Below, one piece after another: positions 25,301 through 38,071 of a stretch of 64,000 bases of DNA. Source of the DNA: Antedon mediterranea (Eukaryota; Animalia; Echinodermata). Every line of letters starts with the position of its first letter. Positions within the stretch are counted from its first letter, which is position 1. The position numbers and the translations under genes were made by a program. The stretch lies in contig NC_092672.1 of assembly GCF_964355755.1 (NCBI RefSeq), forward strand, positions 24,193,237 to 24,257,236. The letters run 5' to 3'. The notes under the pieces are model-generated. The model made no database searches. It was not told the origin of the DNA and saw only the letters and a list, made by a program, of their open reading frames with translations.

Positions 25301-28300
25301 AATTCAGGGTTTTTTTTAAAATATGTTTTGCTATCCATTTTAAACGTGCTAAACAAGTTACATATTTGTAGATATAAATTTGCGGTACACCACGTAGGCC
25401 TATATTAGTTCTGAAAAGAACTGTTGAGTTGCTTGACGTTTCGATTTAGGCCTACTCCAAAGTCAAAGTCTCCAAAGCTATTCCAGCATGTCGTATTCGG
25501 GGAATCGCCCACAAGTGTTTTCTCAGAGAAGGGTATGTTCTGTATGGGGTTCTGTATGCTATTTGTTAATAATGTACCAAAAATGAAATGAAAAATTATA
25601 TTAATTATCGGTATGTACGGAGGAAGCTCGAACAAGACGAAGCGCGAAACAAATAAAAGCGCAGCGCGAAACATCTGAAATGATATACAATTTCTCAAAA
25701 CATGAAAACACAGAATATATTATATTAGTATAACTTTTTAATATTTCCAAAGGCTCGGACAAGGAAGAAGGGCCTTTAAAAACTGAATTGCTATATGTTA
25801 GACCACATTTCCATAACTTTTCAAAACTCATCGAACCCTCTGCTAGTAGGCCTAATTAATATAGGAGTGTATCGCCAAATCATTAGAGAAAAAAAAACAT
25901 GGCATGAAGATGTAATTAATCAAACAACGGCCAAAGAATACCAACAATTTTAATTTAGGTTTCGATTCGTAATTACTAATGTGGTGGACTAAGCCTAGTT
26001 TGAAACTATAGTGACCATTTATTTTAGAAAGAAAGATAGACAAATTTGTTTCCATCTCCATGTTATTGTTAATACCAAGGCACTTTTCAATTAAAAATTC
26101 TGGCCTAGTATTCTTGCAAGGTCGTCACAGCTCCAGTTACAAAGGTCGTCACAGCTCCAGTTACAAACGGTGATACAAAGTGTCAATCATTTGACCAGTG
26201 AACAGCCCACTGGTAGGATAGTCCTTGAAACCGTCCGTAAAACACATTAATCACTCACATCAGTCATGCCGCTAATGGTTGAAAACCTCACTTTTTGGGG
26301 TTTTCAAACGTAACGCTATCCGGGGCTCCTGCGCCTAATGCGCGCAGTGCGCGCGCAAAAATCTGCGCACTCATGGCAATTTTGTAAACGCTTAAAATTG
26401 CCTGAAACGTACTCTTATTTCATCGAAAATAAATTTTGAAAATTTTAAGCGCGCGTACGCATGCGTTACATGCGCTACGCACGTAATTGTATTGCCATAT
26501 GATGATTTATGCCCTGAAATTTATGAGTACCAAATTTTATTTAATTGTGATTCATGGTTGTTAAGATATGATTACAAACGTGATTTCGTTAAATCGTGCG
26601 TAGACCGCGTAATTTTTTATTGCGCACCGTGAAAACATAACCACATCGATTCCTGGCCATAAGGAATATTCTGTGAAAAATTGACTTAGCTAGATTAAAC
26701 TGATATCAAGATAAGGTCATAAAGCGATAAAACGTATAGTGATACTGGACCGACAGACAGACAGACAGACCGACAGACAGACCGACCGACCGACATAGTG
26801 AACTATAGAGTCGCTTCAGTTTAAATATATTTTAAAAGATATGAATACACTAGGCATGTTGTAACTTATAAGTGGCATCCATTTTTGTATTTTAAGATGT
26901 ACAGTTTTTGTATGCATATAATCAAACCACTATATGTATAGGCCTAAAGGTTAAAAGAGTAAAGATCAGAAAATAACGAAAAAAGTAGAAAACGGAAATT
27001 TAATGTATGAAAATGAAATGTGAACGAAATTTGTATGAAAGAATGAATAAAGGTGGTGGTTAACCACAAAAGAGAAAAAAAAAAGGACTGATAGGAGATC
27101 CACTTTTTCACAATTAGTAATTATATATTTTAATAGTTTGCCACCCAAAGTCGTCATTTCTGAAACCACTAACACATTTAAAAACCGATTGGATTTGTTG
27201 TAGAAATTAGGTTAAAAGGGTAAACAAATTTACCTATCTAAACTATCAGAACCAATATTCTAAACACTGAGTGGATGATTGATCAATTAAAAATAGAATC
27301 ATTGGTATAACAAGAAACGCTGTAATTCATTGATAGGTTCTGCATGACATGGTCAGACTGATCACGAATCACACATAATACACAATATTCTTTCGAACTG
27401 ACAGATGATAAGGAAGATCTTATATTTAAAAGTAACAACTTATTGAAAGAAAAAAAAACAGTAGAACTTAAAACTTCATGAGTCACTGAGAAAGCATCGC
27501 TCTAAACCTTTGCGGATTTCTATAAGGCAACTGTTTCGATAAAATATATAAAAACTGACAGAAAATCTGCTAATCAACCATTGGAGTATGATCGTAGCCC
27601 AATTTTAATATCTTTAACCAAATATGACTTCACATATCTTGATGGATGGCGTTGAAATACCCACAGATGTTCCAGAAGAAAACTTACAGTAAAAACATGA
27701 TGGTCATCCACTATAGGATGCAGTAAACATGGCTGTAAACATTTGGGGACTATGCAAGTATTTATGCAAGTTACCTAGATATTTCGTCATTTTGTTGTAT
27801 TTGATCATTACATTGGAAAGGGGTGGATAAAAGCAGTGACACGATTGAAAGGATAGTCCCAATGTACTAATCTGTACTTCCGTATGTGTTTTGGGCCACA
27901 CTCATCGGTTTGGAGAACAAATATCACACAGTTTTGTCAATAACAAAGAGCTTGCAATTATACATAAAGTTGATGTTAATTAATGATATGCACTTTGTAA
28001 CAGTAGCCTTCAAAAGTATGGACGATGTCTGGTATAGTGAACAATAAAGTGGTTGAAAACCTATTAAGAATAATCTAACCAGCTTCCATGCTATTACAGG
28101 TTGCAACACGTCATTATTTGCTGGTTATGGGAAGAGGTCATACTGGAAATCATTTTTAACGCATCCACTCCTTGTAAATGGAATTGATTAAGATTAAGAC
28201 TTTCCACGTACAGTGTACACTAAAGTTTAATATTGCCAAATATATGGTACTCTTGAGCAGATAACTGTATAGACTACAGACTACTCTTTGGTGCTATGTA

Positions 28301-29976
28301 CCTCCATCTAGACTCAGTGAACATATACCAATAACACTAGTGATATATATTTCCCTTATATATTAAGTATTTTACTTCACTCAATAAATATTTAAGTACC
28401 TGTATTTATACTTCGGGAAGCACTTAAAATTAAAAAACTCACCTATGGTGAATACAGACATCATAGAACCTAAACATACGAGCCAACTATCAGGCAGAGA
28501 TCAGGTTGTGGCCTAAATGAATCGGGTCGTTTGGAAGCCCCTAACCCAGTTGTCAGTTTGGAACTTGTTACATGTGTATGTAAACTAAAGAGCCAGATGA
28601 AGTTGTTACAGAAAGCATGCATATGTGGTTGTGATTCAATCGTTTGCCGTTACCCAGATGGCCAGTAGGCATTATATATCAGTGCTTGAAGAAATACCCA
28701 CCACAGAGCGTTACCTCCTTCCATCCCAGAAAATCTTCGAATATTGGCATGTGCCCATGCCGCCCATTACTCCCAACCCACAAATCCTCTGTGACCGTTT
28801 TTAAATGAAATTTAAGACATTCCAGTAGGCTTCCAATTTCGGTTATTTTGATACTCTAGGACTCATCCTCTCCATTCCTTTAACACCTTCCAGGAGTGAC
28901 TCAAAAATTTTAAAATCTTCCCAGTACAATTCTGGTCTTTTTGAAACCACACTATAACCATCAGCCCAAGGCTATCATGAAAATTATATTTATTTCAATT
29001 ATTAATACCGATAATTAACCGTGTCTGTGCTCTATTTGACCTTATGACCTTGAAAATGACCTTTAAACTTGTAAGTTGAAAAATTGATGAACTGCACCAT
29101 CTGCAGTAATATGTCAATAATGATCCAATAATGGTTACATTTCTTTTAATTAGCTTATATGTTGTTGAAAACAGCTTAAACCTCTATTTTACCATATTTG
29201 ACCTTATAACCTTAAAAATGACCTTTGACCTGAAATTTGAGAGCGGCATCCACCCCTATCTTTTTTGTAATCCCATAAGGGATATATTCCACATGGTTGC
29301 CTGCTATTAACAAAAAATGCCCCCATGATGAAAAAGCTCACATTGGCCGCCCTACTATAAAATTGTATTAAGAGATTTATTGAAAATTATGGTTTTAATT
29401 AATGTTTACCCAATTTGTAATAATAATGCTAAACAAAATAGGGTGAAGTTTGAACAACTTAGTGTATAAGTCATTTTCAACTGTTATATTCTAATTGATA
29501 CTAGATTGTACCACGTCACAATGTTAGCAAACTTCCTGCTTTGTAGCCATACTACAGTTTTTCATGAATATTTTCTGATTTTTGTAATACCAACATAAAC
29601 ATGGTCAATTTATTGCATCTAAAAGAGGTCAATTAAAAATTAAAATAGAGATCTAAAACAACAGATGATCACATTTTTTTTATTTTAAATTGTCTGCTTT
29701 ATGGCATATTTAACTGTCTACTGACTGCATATGTAAACAGTGATGATTGTTAGAATTCACATTTTCTGCACTCAGATCTTTAAATCACTGGTGCTTTACT
29801 TGTACATATACTTTACAGTGGAAACAGGATGCTACTTAGTTATTATCCCTAAAATACTTTTTTTTCTCTTTTGTGGCGTTAACCACTATTTATTCATTTC
29901 ATTTCATCAACATATTAATACAATTATTTCTAATAATAATAATAATAACTATTCATTGTTATTCTTACTTTTGTTT

Positions 29977-29980
<4 letters not shown>

Positions 29981-30046
<66 letters not shown>

Positions 30047-30258
30047 GGCAGCACTTGCCAGCTTTATGCTCTGACGTTATCCAAATTCCTTCACTTGCAC
30101 TGATGAAGGGCTAGTGTTGCCCGAAAGCTCTGCTAACTTTTCTGGCTGTTTACTTTATCGTTTTGATTTAGCTTTTCGCTTTTTATTTTTGTATCTCCAT
30201 TGAGATCCAGCCACTGATACCCACAGCATTGTCATTTTTTTCAGTAATTTGCCTTTGG

Positions 30259-30300
<42 letters not shown>
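29981..30300 (+). mobile_element. Penelope-like element terminal repeat (pLTR, ~30043-30262) inserted in a (TA)n microsatellite
   Basis: (TA)n on both sides, a hammerhead core, a T-rich segment and the GAGATCCAGCCACTGAT 3' motif. No RT/GIY-YIG ORF is present. Confidence 0.78.
30094..30136 (+). ncRNA. Minimal type I hammerhead ribozyme
   Basis: CTGATGA (30100-30106); stem II GGGC-tagtgtt-GCCC (30108-30122); GAAA (30123-30126); palindromic AGCT stem III and TC cleavage site; short stem I GCA/TGC. Confidence 0.75.
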
Positions 30301-30303
<3 letters not shown>

Positions 30304-30840
30304 TTTTATTTATTTTATCAACGTTACTGTTCTTGGAATCAGAGCATTAATATTTCTTTTCTGTTATCCACCTTTTTTCATAATTTTCTAGTAGTTTTTT
30401 TGTTCTATAATTCTCAACATCTAAAATTGTGAACACTTAACTAATAAATGTACTGTAGGAGATACATTTACTAATGCTGTATAGTTATTTTCGGTAGTAT
30501 TCTTGACATATAATTCATTTATACCCTATATACAGATTATATACATTATTTTAAAATACGAATATAAAAAAAAACAAAAACAAAAATATTAAAAATGCTT
30601 TTCTTACTCCTGACGTGTCTAGTTTTATGTCTCATGGTTATATTTGTTTGCTTATCTTCTCGTGCGTTACTTATGTTGCGTTACGTTTCTTTTTTTCCCT
30701 AAAATACTTTGATAACAAATAGTATATCAAGACACTTAAATGTTATGAAGAGGGAAGCTTGAATGCCACTATCATTCCAAAATAGGGATACCCAGTGGGC
30801 AAAAATTGGTTGAATTAACGTTAATTCAACGTTATCTGCA

Positions 30841-31400
30841 AACGTTGAAATAACGTTGAAAAAGTGGTTGAAAATGAAAGTTTGCCTCAACGTAAATGTC
30901 AACGTTGAATCAACATAGAAATTATCAACGTTGAAACAACGTGCAAATAAGTAACGTTGAAATAACGTTGAAAAAATGGTTGAAAATGAAAGTTTGCCTC
31001 AACGTAAATGTCAACGTTGAATCAACATAGAAATTATCAACGTTGAAACAACGTTAAAATAGGTAACGTTGAAATAACGTTGAAAAAATGGTTGAAAATG
31101 AAAGTTTGCCTCAACGTAAATGTCAACGTTGAATCAACATAGAAATTATCAACGTTGAAACAACGTTAAAATAGGTAACGTTGAAATAACGTTGAAAAAA
31201 TGGTTGAAAATGAAAGTTTGCCTCAACGTAAATGTCAACGTTGAATCAACATAGAAATTATCAACGTTGAAACAACGTTAAAATAAGTAACGTTGAAATA
31301 ACGTTGAAAAAATGGTTGAAAATGAAAGTTTGCCTCAACAAAAATGTCAACGTTGATTCAACATAGATTATCAACGTTGAAACAACGTAAAAATGTCTAC
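30841..31400. repeat. Tandem repeat, 112-bp unit, ~5 copies (left arm)
   Basis: Unit starts at 30841, 30953, 31065, 31177 and 31289, decaying to ~31770. Confidence 0.95.
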
Positions 31401-32999
31401 GTTGAAATTATCAATGTTGATTCAATGTTGAAATTATTAACGTTGAAACAACGTAATAATTAAGTTGAAATGAAAATTTGCATCAACGTAAATTTCAACA
31501 TAGATTTAACGTTGAAATTATCAACGTTGATTCAATGTTGAAATATTAAAGTTAATTCAACATTATCCGCAAACGTTGAAATAACGCTGAAAAACTGTTG
31601 AATTAAAGTTTAAATTAAAAAAAATATCAACGTTGATCCATTGTAGAGTAATCAACCAAATTCAAGGTAGAAAAAATAACGTTCAATCAACGTATACAGA
31701 TCAACGTTGATTCAGTGTAAACACATTTTTACCGTTGATTCAACATAGAAATTATCAACATTAATTTAACACAGCAATGGTTTAGTTATTAGAAGAACAG
31801 CTTATAGTAACACAACCAAAATAAATCAAGCTGAAATCTGGCATATTTTCAATGGTAATTGATTTGTTGAATTACTATATCCAATTTGAATCAACGGTTT
31901 TAAAGTAGTTGGTAGTAAAGTTACTGTTACGTCGCAGAATCCATCAATAGAGACATTTTATAAATACTGTATATCTCACTAATCTTTAATTTCTATAAAA
32001 ACATAAAATAACATTTAATCAGGTGTTATCAAATTATCAGGCAAAATCCAAGCAACAATCAAATAATGTACATCCTCACTGACAGTTCTCAGGTACCAAT
32101 GTTAAGTATAAAAAATATACTAATAACCAGTTTGTAATATGTTTGCCAACTAACATGATTGAATAACTATAAATATTGGCTGATTACAGTAAAATACAAC
32201 ACACGTCACAGGTGCCTTGTGCTAATGTTGCAGAAGTCCAAATGATGGCAATAACACATTACTGTAATTGCATTGTTCCGATTATTAGTCAATAAACAGT
32301 TGCCTCGATTCCTGTGTTGACATTGTCCTATGGTTTCCAAAAGTGTGGCAATATTATTTTTCCAAACCTGAAACAAATTCAATCAAGTTACTGTAGTTTT
32401 AAACAAAAATAATACAGTAAAAAATTAATTGAAAGATTTATTGTCCCCAAAAAACATGAACAATGAAGATTAATACAATCATACTTTGAATACCTTGCCA
32501 TTTTGCAATTTTAACAATTTAGATATTCACTTGCCGTAGAAAATAAACAAAAACAATAAATATTTCACTTAACAAAAATACAAAATAAACAGTATATTTA
32601 ACCAAAAACCAATTGTTTGTTTAAATTGTCCCCCTTTTCAGGTACAAATGCATTTTTTGAAATCTAATTTTTTGGTCAAAGTGAACAACTCTACAGTGAC
32701 GGCATATTCAACAAAACATTTTTAAAAAAATTGTTCAGTTCAATTATATCTTTAACACATTGTTCAAAAATCATACTGTACATAAACAAAATTCAGAACA
32801 TCATTTCACACTTACACGTAAAATATGCAATCAATTAAATTTATGTAAATAATATTTCAACACTGTATTAATATTTACGCCGTGGTCATAGGATTCCGGC
32901 ACCGTAACTCAACTGCCCAGCGTTAGGGAATCCGACACGCTATTGCGCATGCCCAGAGCAAGGTAATCGGCGACTCTATTTTTGTCTACAACAGACTAA

Positions 33000-33178
33000 A
33001 GCGTGGTTCCCACTAGCGACGCAACACAAGGACGTAACGCAACGCAAGTGAATTGACCAATCACAAGCGATGGCTTATTCGCTTGTGATTGCTAACTGTC
33101 TATAACTTCGCTTGTTATTGGTTAAAACGCTTGCGTTGCGTTTACGTCCTTGCGTTACGTTCTAGTGGGAACCAAGCT
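33000..33178. mobile_element. PIF/Harbinger-like MITE
   Basis: TIR AGC(G/T)TGGTTCCCACTAG flanked by TAA / TTA; largely palindromic body. A decayed relative lies at ~62652-62760. Confidence 0.7.
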
Positions 33179-35209
33179 TTACAGCGATGGATCATTTTAA
33201 TAGATGCGCCACGGCAAACTAGCCGGCCTACATGCCTAATAATACTAGTAGGCCTACCAGCTAGATGTGACCATTGGGCCTATTTATTTCGTAATTAAAA
33301 AAGTCGTTGCTTCATTCATATATAAACTTTATGAATTATAATTACATGAATAGTTTTAATTTTTATGATTTTTCAAGTACAAAATAAAAGATTTCATATA
33401 ACGCATTGATACTGTACATAACATCATGCAGCAATCATATACAAGTTGATTTGTTGACAGCAACCGCCGTGCGGAATAATTATAGCTTGCACTAGTGCCA
33501 CAGACCGCGCACCACATTACCCGAGAGTCGGAGTGTTAACTAGGGATGTACTGTGTAGCCAAAGATATCTTTGCTGTGGCCTAGTTAGTCGTCGCGCGGG
33601 GGAGAGAGCGATGGATGCGATAGGCATGTAGGCCGGCTAGTTCGCCGTGGCGCAGCTATTAAAATGATCCATCGCTGTAAAGCTTGGTTCCCACTAGAAC
33701 GTAAAGCTAGGACATAAACGCAACGCAAGCGGAAAAAAAACCAGAACTGTTCGGGAGAAGTCCGTGTCGCAACGCTACGCTATTCATTTTCGTACATTTC
33801 TTGAAATACGCAAGCTCATTCTTATCAATATCATAATAATTATTTTAACGCGTGGCGTAATTATTAATTCATGTATGGCCTAGGCCAAGTTTCATCCATC
33901 GCTCTCTCCCCCACGCGACGACTAACTAGGCCACAATTTATTCAATTCAATATTAAAGTTAAGAACTATAAATACCAACCTTTTGTATATAAAAATATTG
34001 ATCATCCATTAGATTTTTCTCGTTTGATTCACATAGAAAAGATTATAGGCCTACATGTACTTCATTATTTTGTACTCTAGCTAGGCATAGGCCTAAGGGC
34101 CTTATTAGCTAGGCCTACAATCTGAAATAAAGAAAGCGAGTAAGTTTAACAAATAGCCGTCCTAGGCTAGCATGTGTTTGTATACTATTAATATTAATAA
34201 TAGCATTAGCAGCTACTGTAGACAGCCTAGCAGAAAGCTAGCTAGGCCTAGGCCAACTAATTATATATTATAATGTTATATTTATGTATACTTTTGGATA
34301 AATAAAGAAAGTATTGAACTAAAGGCCTAATAGTACATACCATTTTATAACCATGATAAGTACAGTACTGTAGTTATCCTTGGCAAGGCAAATGTTTGCC
34401 CTTGACAGGCATGATACTAAATGCTTCCACTAGGCCTTCAGTTCATCAGTTTGGCAGCCTGCCTAGCCTACCTATTATAGCCTAGCTAGCTATGCATGTG
34501 AGTGTGGCCTACTAGACTAGAGGCTAGATATTGATAAGGTTAAAATAGTCAAGCTTATAAATTAGTAGATTACAAATAAAAAAGATTGTTTTCCTACCTG
34601 AAAACATACTTATTTGACAATTTCAATGATGAGCCTTTTTTTTCTACACACCACTGTAACTGTAGGCCTAGCCTACGTCGAAGTAACTGAAATTACTGAC
34701 ACCAGTTTCAAAATTTTATCAAAACGAAACTAACCAATGACAAGCTCGTAGGCCTATCTATTCTTATGAAATTTGATCTTGCATGAAAGGATCATTCAAT
34801 TTTCAACACAACTTCTAGAACATTTTTGTATTATACAGAGACAATAATATTTGCCAATCTAAAATTCCTAAATAACCAATAATCATTTGTTTTACAATAA
34901 AGGATGATAAAATAAACCGCCAACTGAAATCTAATGTTAATTTAACGTTGAAACATCAATGGCAACGCACTTAAACACATTATTTTATATTAAACGTTAG
35001 TAAAAACATGTCATTTTAACCAAAGTATTAAATAGAATTTATCTTTAATTTAACGTTTAATTAACATTGAAAAACAAAAATAATAATTGTTTGAAAAAAA
35101 AACATAATTTCAAGAGTTTTTCAACGTTGAAAACATGTCATTTGAAAATGACTAAAATAACGTTGGAATAACATTGAAAAACAAAAATAATAATTGTTTG
35201 AAAAAAAGT

Positions 35210-37630
35210 ACTAGATACAATGTTATTTCAACGTTGGATCAACATTGATAAATTAACGTAAATTACTAGTTAGAAAGACAATATTATTTCAACGTTGGGG
35301 CAACATTGATAAATTAACGTAAATTTCTTGTTAAAAATACCATGTTATTTCAACGTTGGATCAACATTGATAAATTAACGTAAATTACTAGTTAGAAATA
35401 CAATGTTATTTCAACGTTGGATCAACATTGATAAATTAACGTAACTTTCTAGTTAAAAATACAATGTTATTGCAACGTTGGATCAACATTGATAAATTAA
35501 TGTAAATTTCTTGTTAAAAATACAATGTTATTTCAACGTTGGATCAACATTGATAAATTAAAGTAAATTTCTAGATATAAAGACAATGTTATTTCAACGT
35601 TTTATCAACATTGATAAATTAACGTAAATTACTAGTTAAAAATACAATGTTATTTCAACGTTGGATCAACATTGATAAATTAACGTAAATTACTAGTTAG
35701 AAAGACAATGTTATTTCAACGTTGGATCAACATTAATAAATTAACGTAAATTTCTAGTTAAAAATACAATGTTATTTCAACGTTGGATCAACATTAATAA
35801 ATTAACGTAAATTTCTAGTTAAAAATACAATGTTATTTCAACGTTGGATCAACATTGATAAATTAACGTAAATTACTAGTTAAAAATACAATGTTATTTC
35901 AACGTTGGATCAACATTGATAAATTAACGTAAATTACTAGTTAAAAATACAATGTTATTTCAACGTTGGATCAACATTTGATAAATTAACGTAAATTTCT
36001 AGTTAAAAATACAATGTGATTTTAACGTTGGATCAACATTGATAAATTAACGTAAATTACTAGTTAAAAATACAATGTTATTTCAACGTTGGATCAACAT
36101 TGATAAATTAACGTAAATTTCTAGTTAAAAATACAATGTGATTTTAACGTTGGATCAACATTGATAAATTAACGTAAATTACTAGTTAGAAAGACAATGT
36201 TATTTCAACGTTGGATCAACATTAATAAATTTACGTAAATTACTAGTTAAAAATACAATGTTATTTCAACGTTGGATCAACATTGATAAATTAACGTAAA
36301 TTACTAGTTAGAAAGACAATGTTATTTCAACGTTGGATCAACATTAATAAATTAACGTAAATTTCTAGTTAAAAATACAATGTTATTTCAACGTTGGATC
36401 AACATTAATAAATTAACGTAAATTTCTAGTTAAAAATACAATGTTATTTCAACGTTGGATCAACATTGATAAATTAACGTAAATTACTAGTTAGAAAGAC
36501 AATGTTATTTCAACGTTGGATCAACATTAATAAATTTACGTAAATTTCTAGTTAAAAATACAATGTTATTTCAACGTTGGATCAACATTGATAAATGAAC
36601 GTAAATTACTAGTTAAAAATACAATGTTATTTCAACGTTGGATCAACATTGATAAATTAACGTAAATTACTAGTTAAAAATACAATGTTATTTCAACGTT
36701 GGATCAACATTAATAAATTAACGTAAATTTCTAGTTAAAAATACAATGTGATTTTAACGTTGGATCAACATTGATAAATTAACGTAAATTACTAGTTAGA
36801 AAGACAATGTTATTTCAACGTTGGATCAACATTGATAAATTAACTTAAATTACTAGTTAGAAAGACAATGTTATTTCAATGTTGGATCAACATTGATAAT
36901 AAAATGAAAATTTCTAGTTAGAAATACAATGTTATTTCAACGTTGGATCAACATTGATAAATTAACGTAAATTTCTAGTTAGAAAGACAATGTTATTTCA
37001 ACGTTGCATCAACATTGATAATAAAACGTAAATTTCTAGTTAAAAATACAATGTTATTTCAACGTTGGATCAACTTTGATAAATTAACGTAAATTTCTAG
37101 TTAAAAATACAAGGTTATTTCAACGTTGGATCAACATTGATAAATTAACGTAAATTTCTAGTTAAAAATACAATGTTATTTCAACGTTGGATCAACATTG
37201 ATAAATTAACGTAAATTTCTAGTTAGAAAGACAATGTTATTTCAACATTAAATCAACATTGATAAATTAACGTAAATTACTAGTTAGAAGGACAATGTTA
37301 TTTTAACGTTGGATCAACATTGATAAATTAACGTAAATTTCTAGTTAAAAATACAATGTTATTTCAACGTTGAATCAACATTTATAAATTAACGTAAAAC
37401 ATTTGTTAGAAAAACAATGTTATTTCAACGTTGGATCAACATTGATAAATTAACGTAAAACATTTGTTAGAAAGACGATGTTATTTCAACGTTTGATTAA
37501 CATTGATAAATGAACATAAACATTCTATTGAAAAGAAAATGTTATTTCAACGTTGATTCAATGTTTATTAATAAACGTAAAAAATATAGTTAGGGAAAAA
37601 ATGTTATTTCAACGTTGATTCAACGTTTGA
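35210..37630. repeat. Tandem repeat, 61-bp unit, ~39-40 copies (right arm)
   Basis: TGTTATTTCAACGTTGGATCAACATTGATAAATTAACGTAAATT(A/T)CTAGTTA(A/G)AAA(T/G)ACAA repeated head to tail. Confidence 0.97.
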
Positions 37631-38071
37631 AATACGCTGACAACATGATTTCAACAAATCAACTATATTTCAACGTTGATTCAACGTTGAAATTATGTTC
37701 TGTGCCCACTGGGTAGGCTGCTGTGTAGTGTTCATATGACAGGTTCAGTTTTGAAATTCACTAGCTAGTAATAAAGCCTTAGTTTCTGTCTATAATAGCA
37801 TTACTCCTAATACAGCATATTAAAGTTTAAAATTAAAATGTTTAAATTTGAGAATTTTAATTTTCAATCTATTTCATATTTTCAAGAATCTGATGAGCAT
37901 TACAAGTTGACAATATGAATTGCATTACATTAGATTCAAAAGAAATCGTCATTATCAAGTAAGGAGAAAAGAGGGACTTGCCTTCATTTTAAAGTTAGTT
38001 TGTCATAGATCTATGATATATACAGCCATGAAAAATATGAATACCAATACCAAAAATATAAAAAGATGGGA

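Larger units (their letters stand above)
23010..26340. mobile_element. Non-autonomous piggyBac-type element (3.3 kb)
   Basis: Perfect 32-bp TIR CATTAGGCGCAGGAGCCCCGGATAGCGTTACG (23011-23042 / 26309-26340). Inserted at TTAA (23006-23009); the empty site catttaa|cgcgcag is seen in copy 1. The right-hand G+TTAA is absent. No transposase ORF seen. Confidence 0.75.
22703..26817 (-). mobile_element. HINE-type element, family 2, copy 2, split by the insertion at 23010-26340
   Basis: 22703-23009 and 26341-26817 together are nearly identical to copy 1. The last ~14 bp of the head are missing. Confidence 0.88.
21406..27081 (+). mobile_element. 5'-truncated L1/Tx1-group LINE, interrupted by later insertions
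   Basis: 13-bp TSD AAAGGACTGATAG at 21393-21405 and 27082-27094. ORF2 C-terminal fragment at the 5' end; AATAAA (~27046) and oligo(A) tail at the 3' end. Confidence 0.88.
20081..29357 (+). mobile_element. Academ (XPG-nuclease type) DNA transposon, decayed, containing nested insertions
   Basis: Termini TAGTAGAGAGGCCAA / TTGGCCGCCCTACTA with 3-bp TSD TAA. Subterminal IR ~20126-20203 vs ~29246-29323. Remnants SFHAITGCNTSLFAGYGKRSYWK (28081-28149) and RANYQA...LELVTCVCK...CICGC (~28479-28660). Confidence 0.85.
30791..37713. mobile_element. Non-autonomous CCC..GGG DNA transposon (animal EnSpm/CMC-like) with satellite arms
   Basis: TIR CCCAGTGGGCA / TGCCCACTGGG with 2-bp TSD TA on both sides; subterminal arrays rich in CAACGTTG. 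Confidence 0.8.

Noticed and set aside
29740-30432. ORFs with YIYIYI runs
   Set aside because: Translation of (TA)n microsatellites.
32200-34620. Minus-strand splice signals inside the CCC..GGG element (acceptor ~32368, donor ~34597)
   Set aside because: No coherent ORF or transposase motif could be assembled.
35210-37630. 61-bp periodic array as CRISPR or coding repeat
   Set aside because: The whole unit repeats with no unique spacers, and there is no long ORF.
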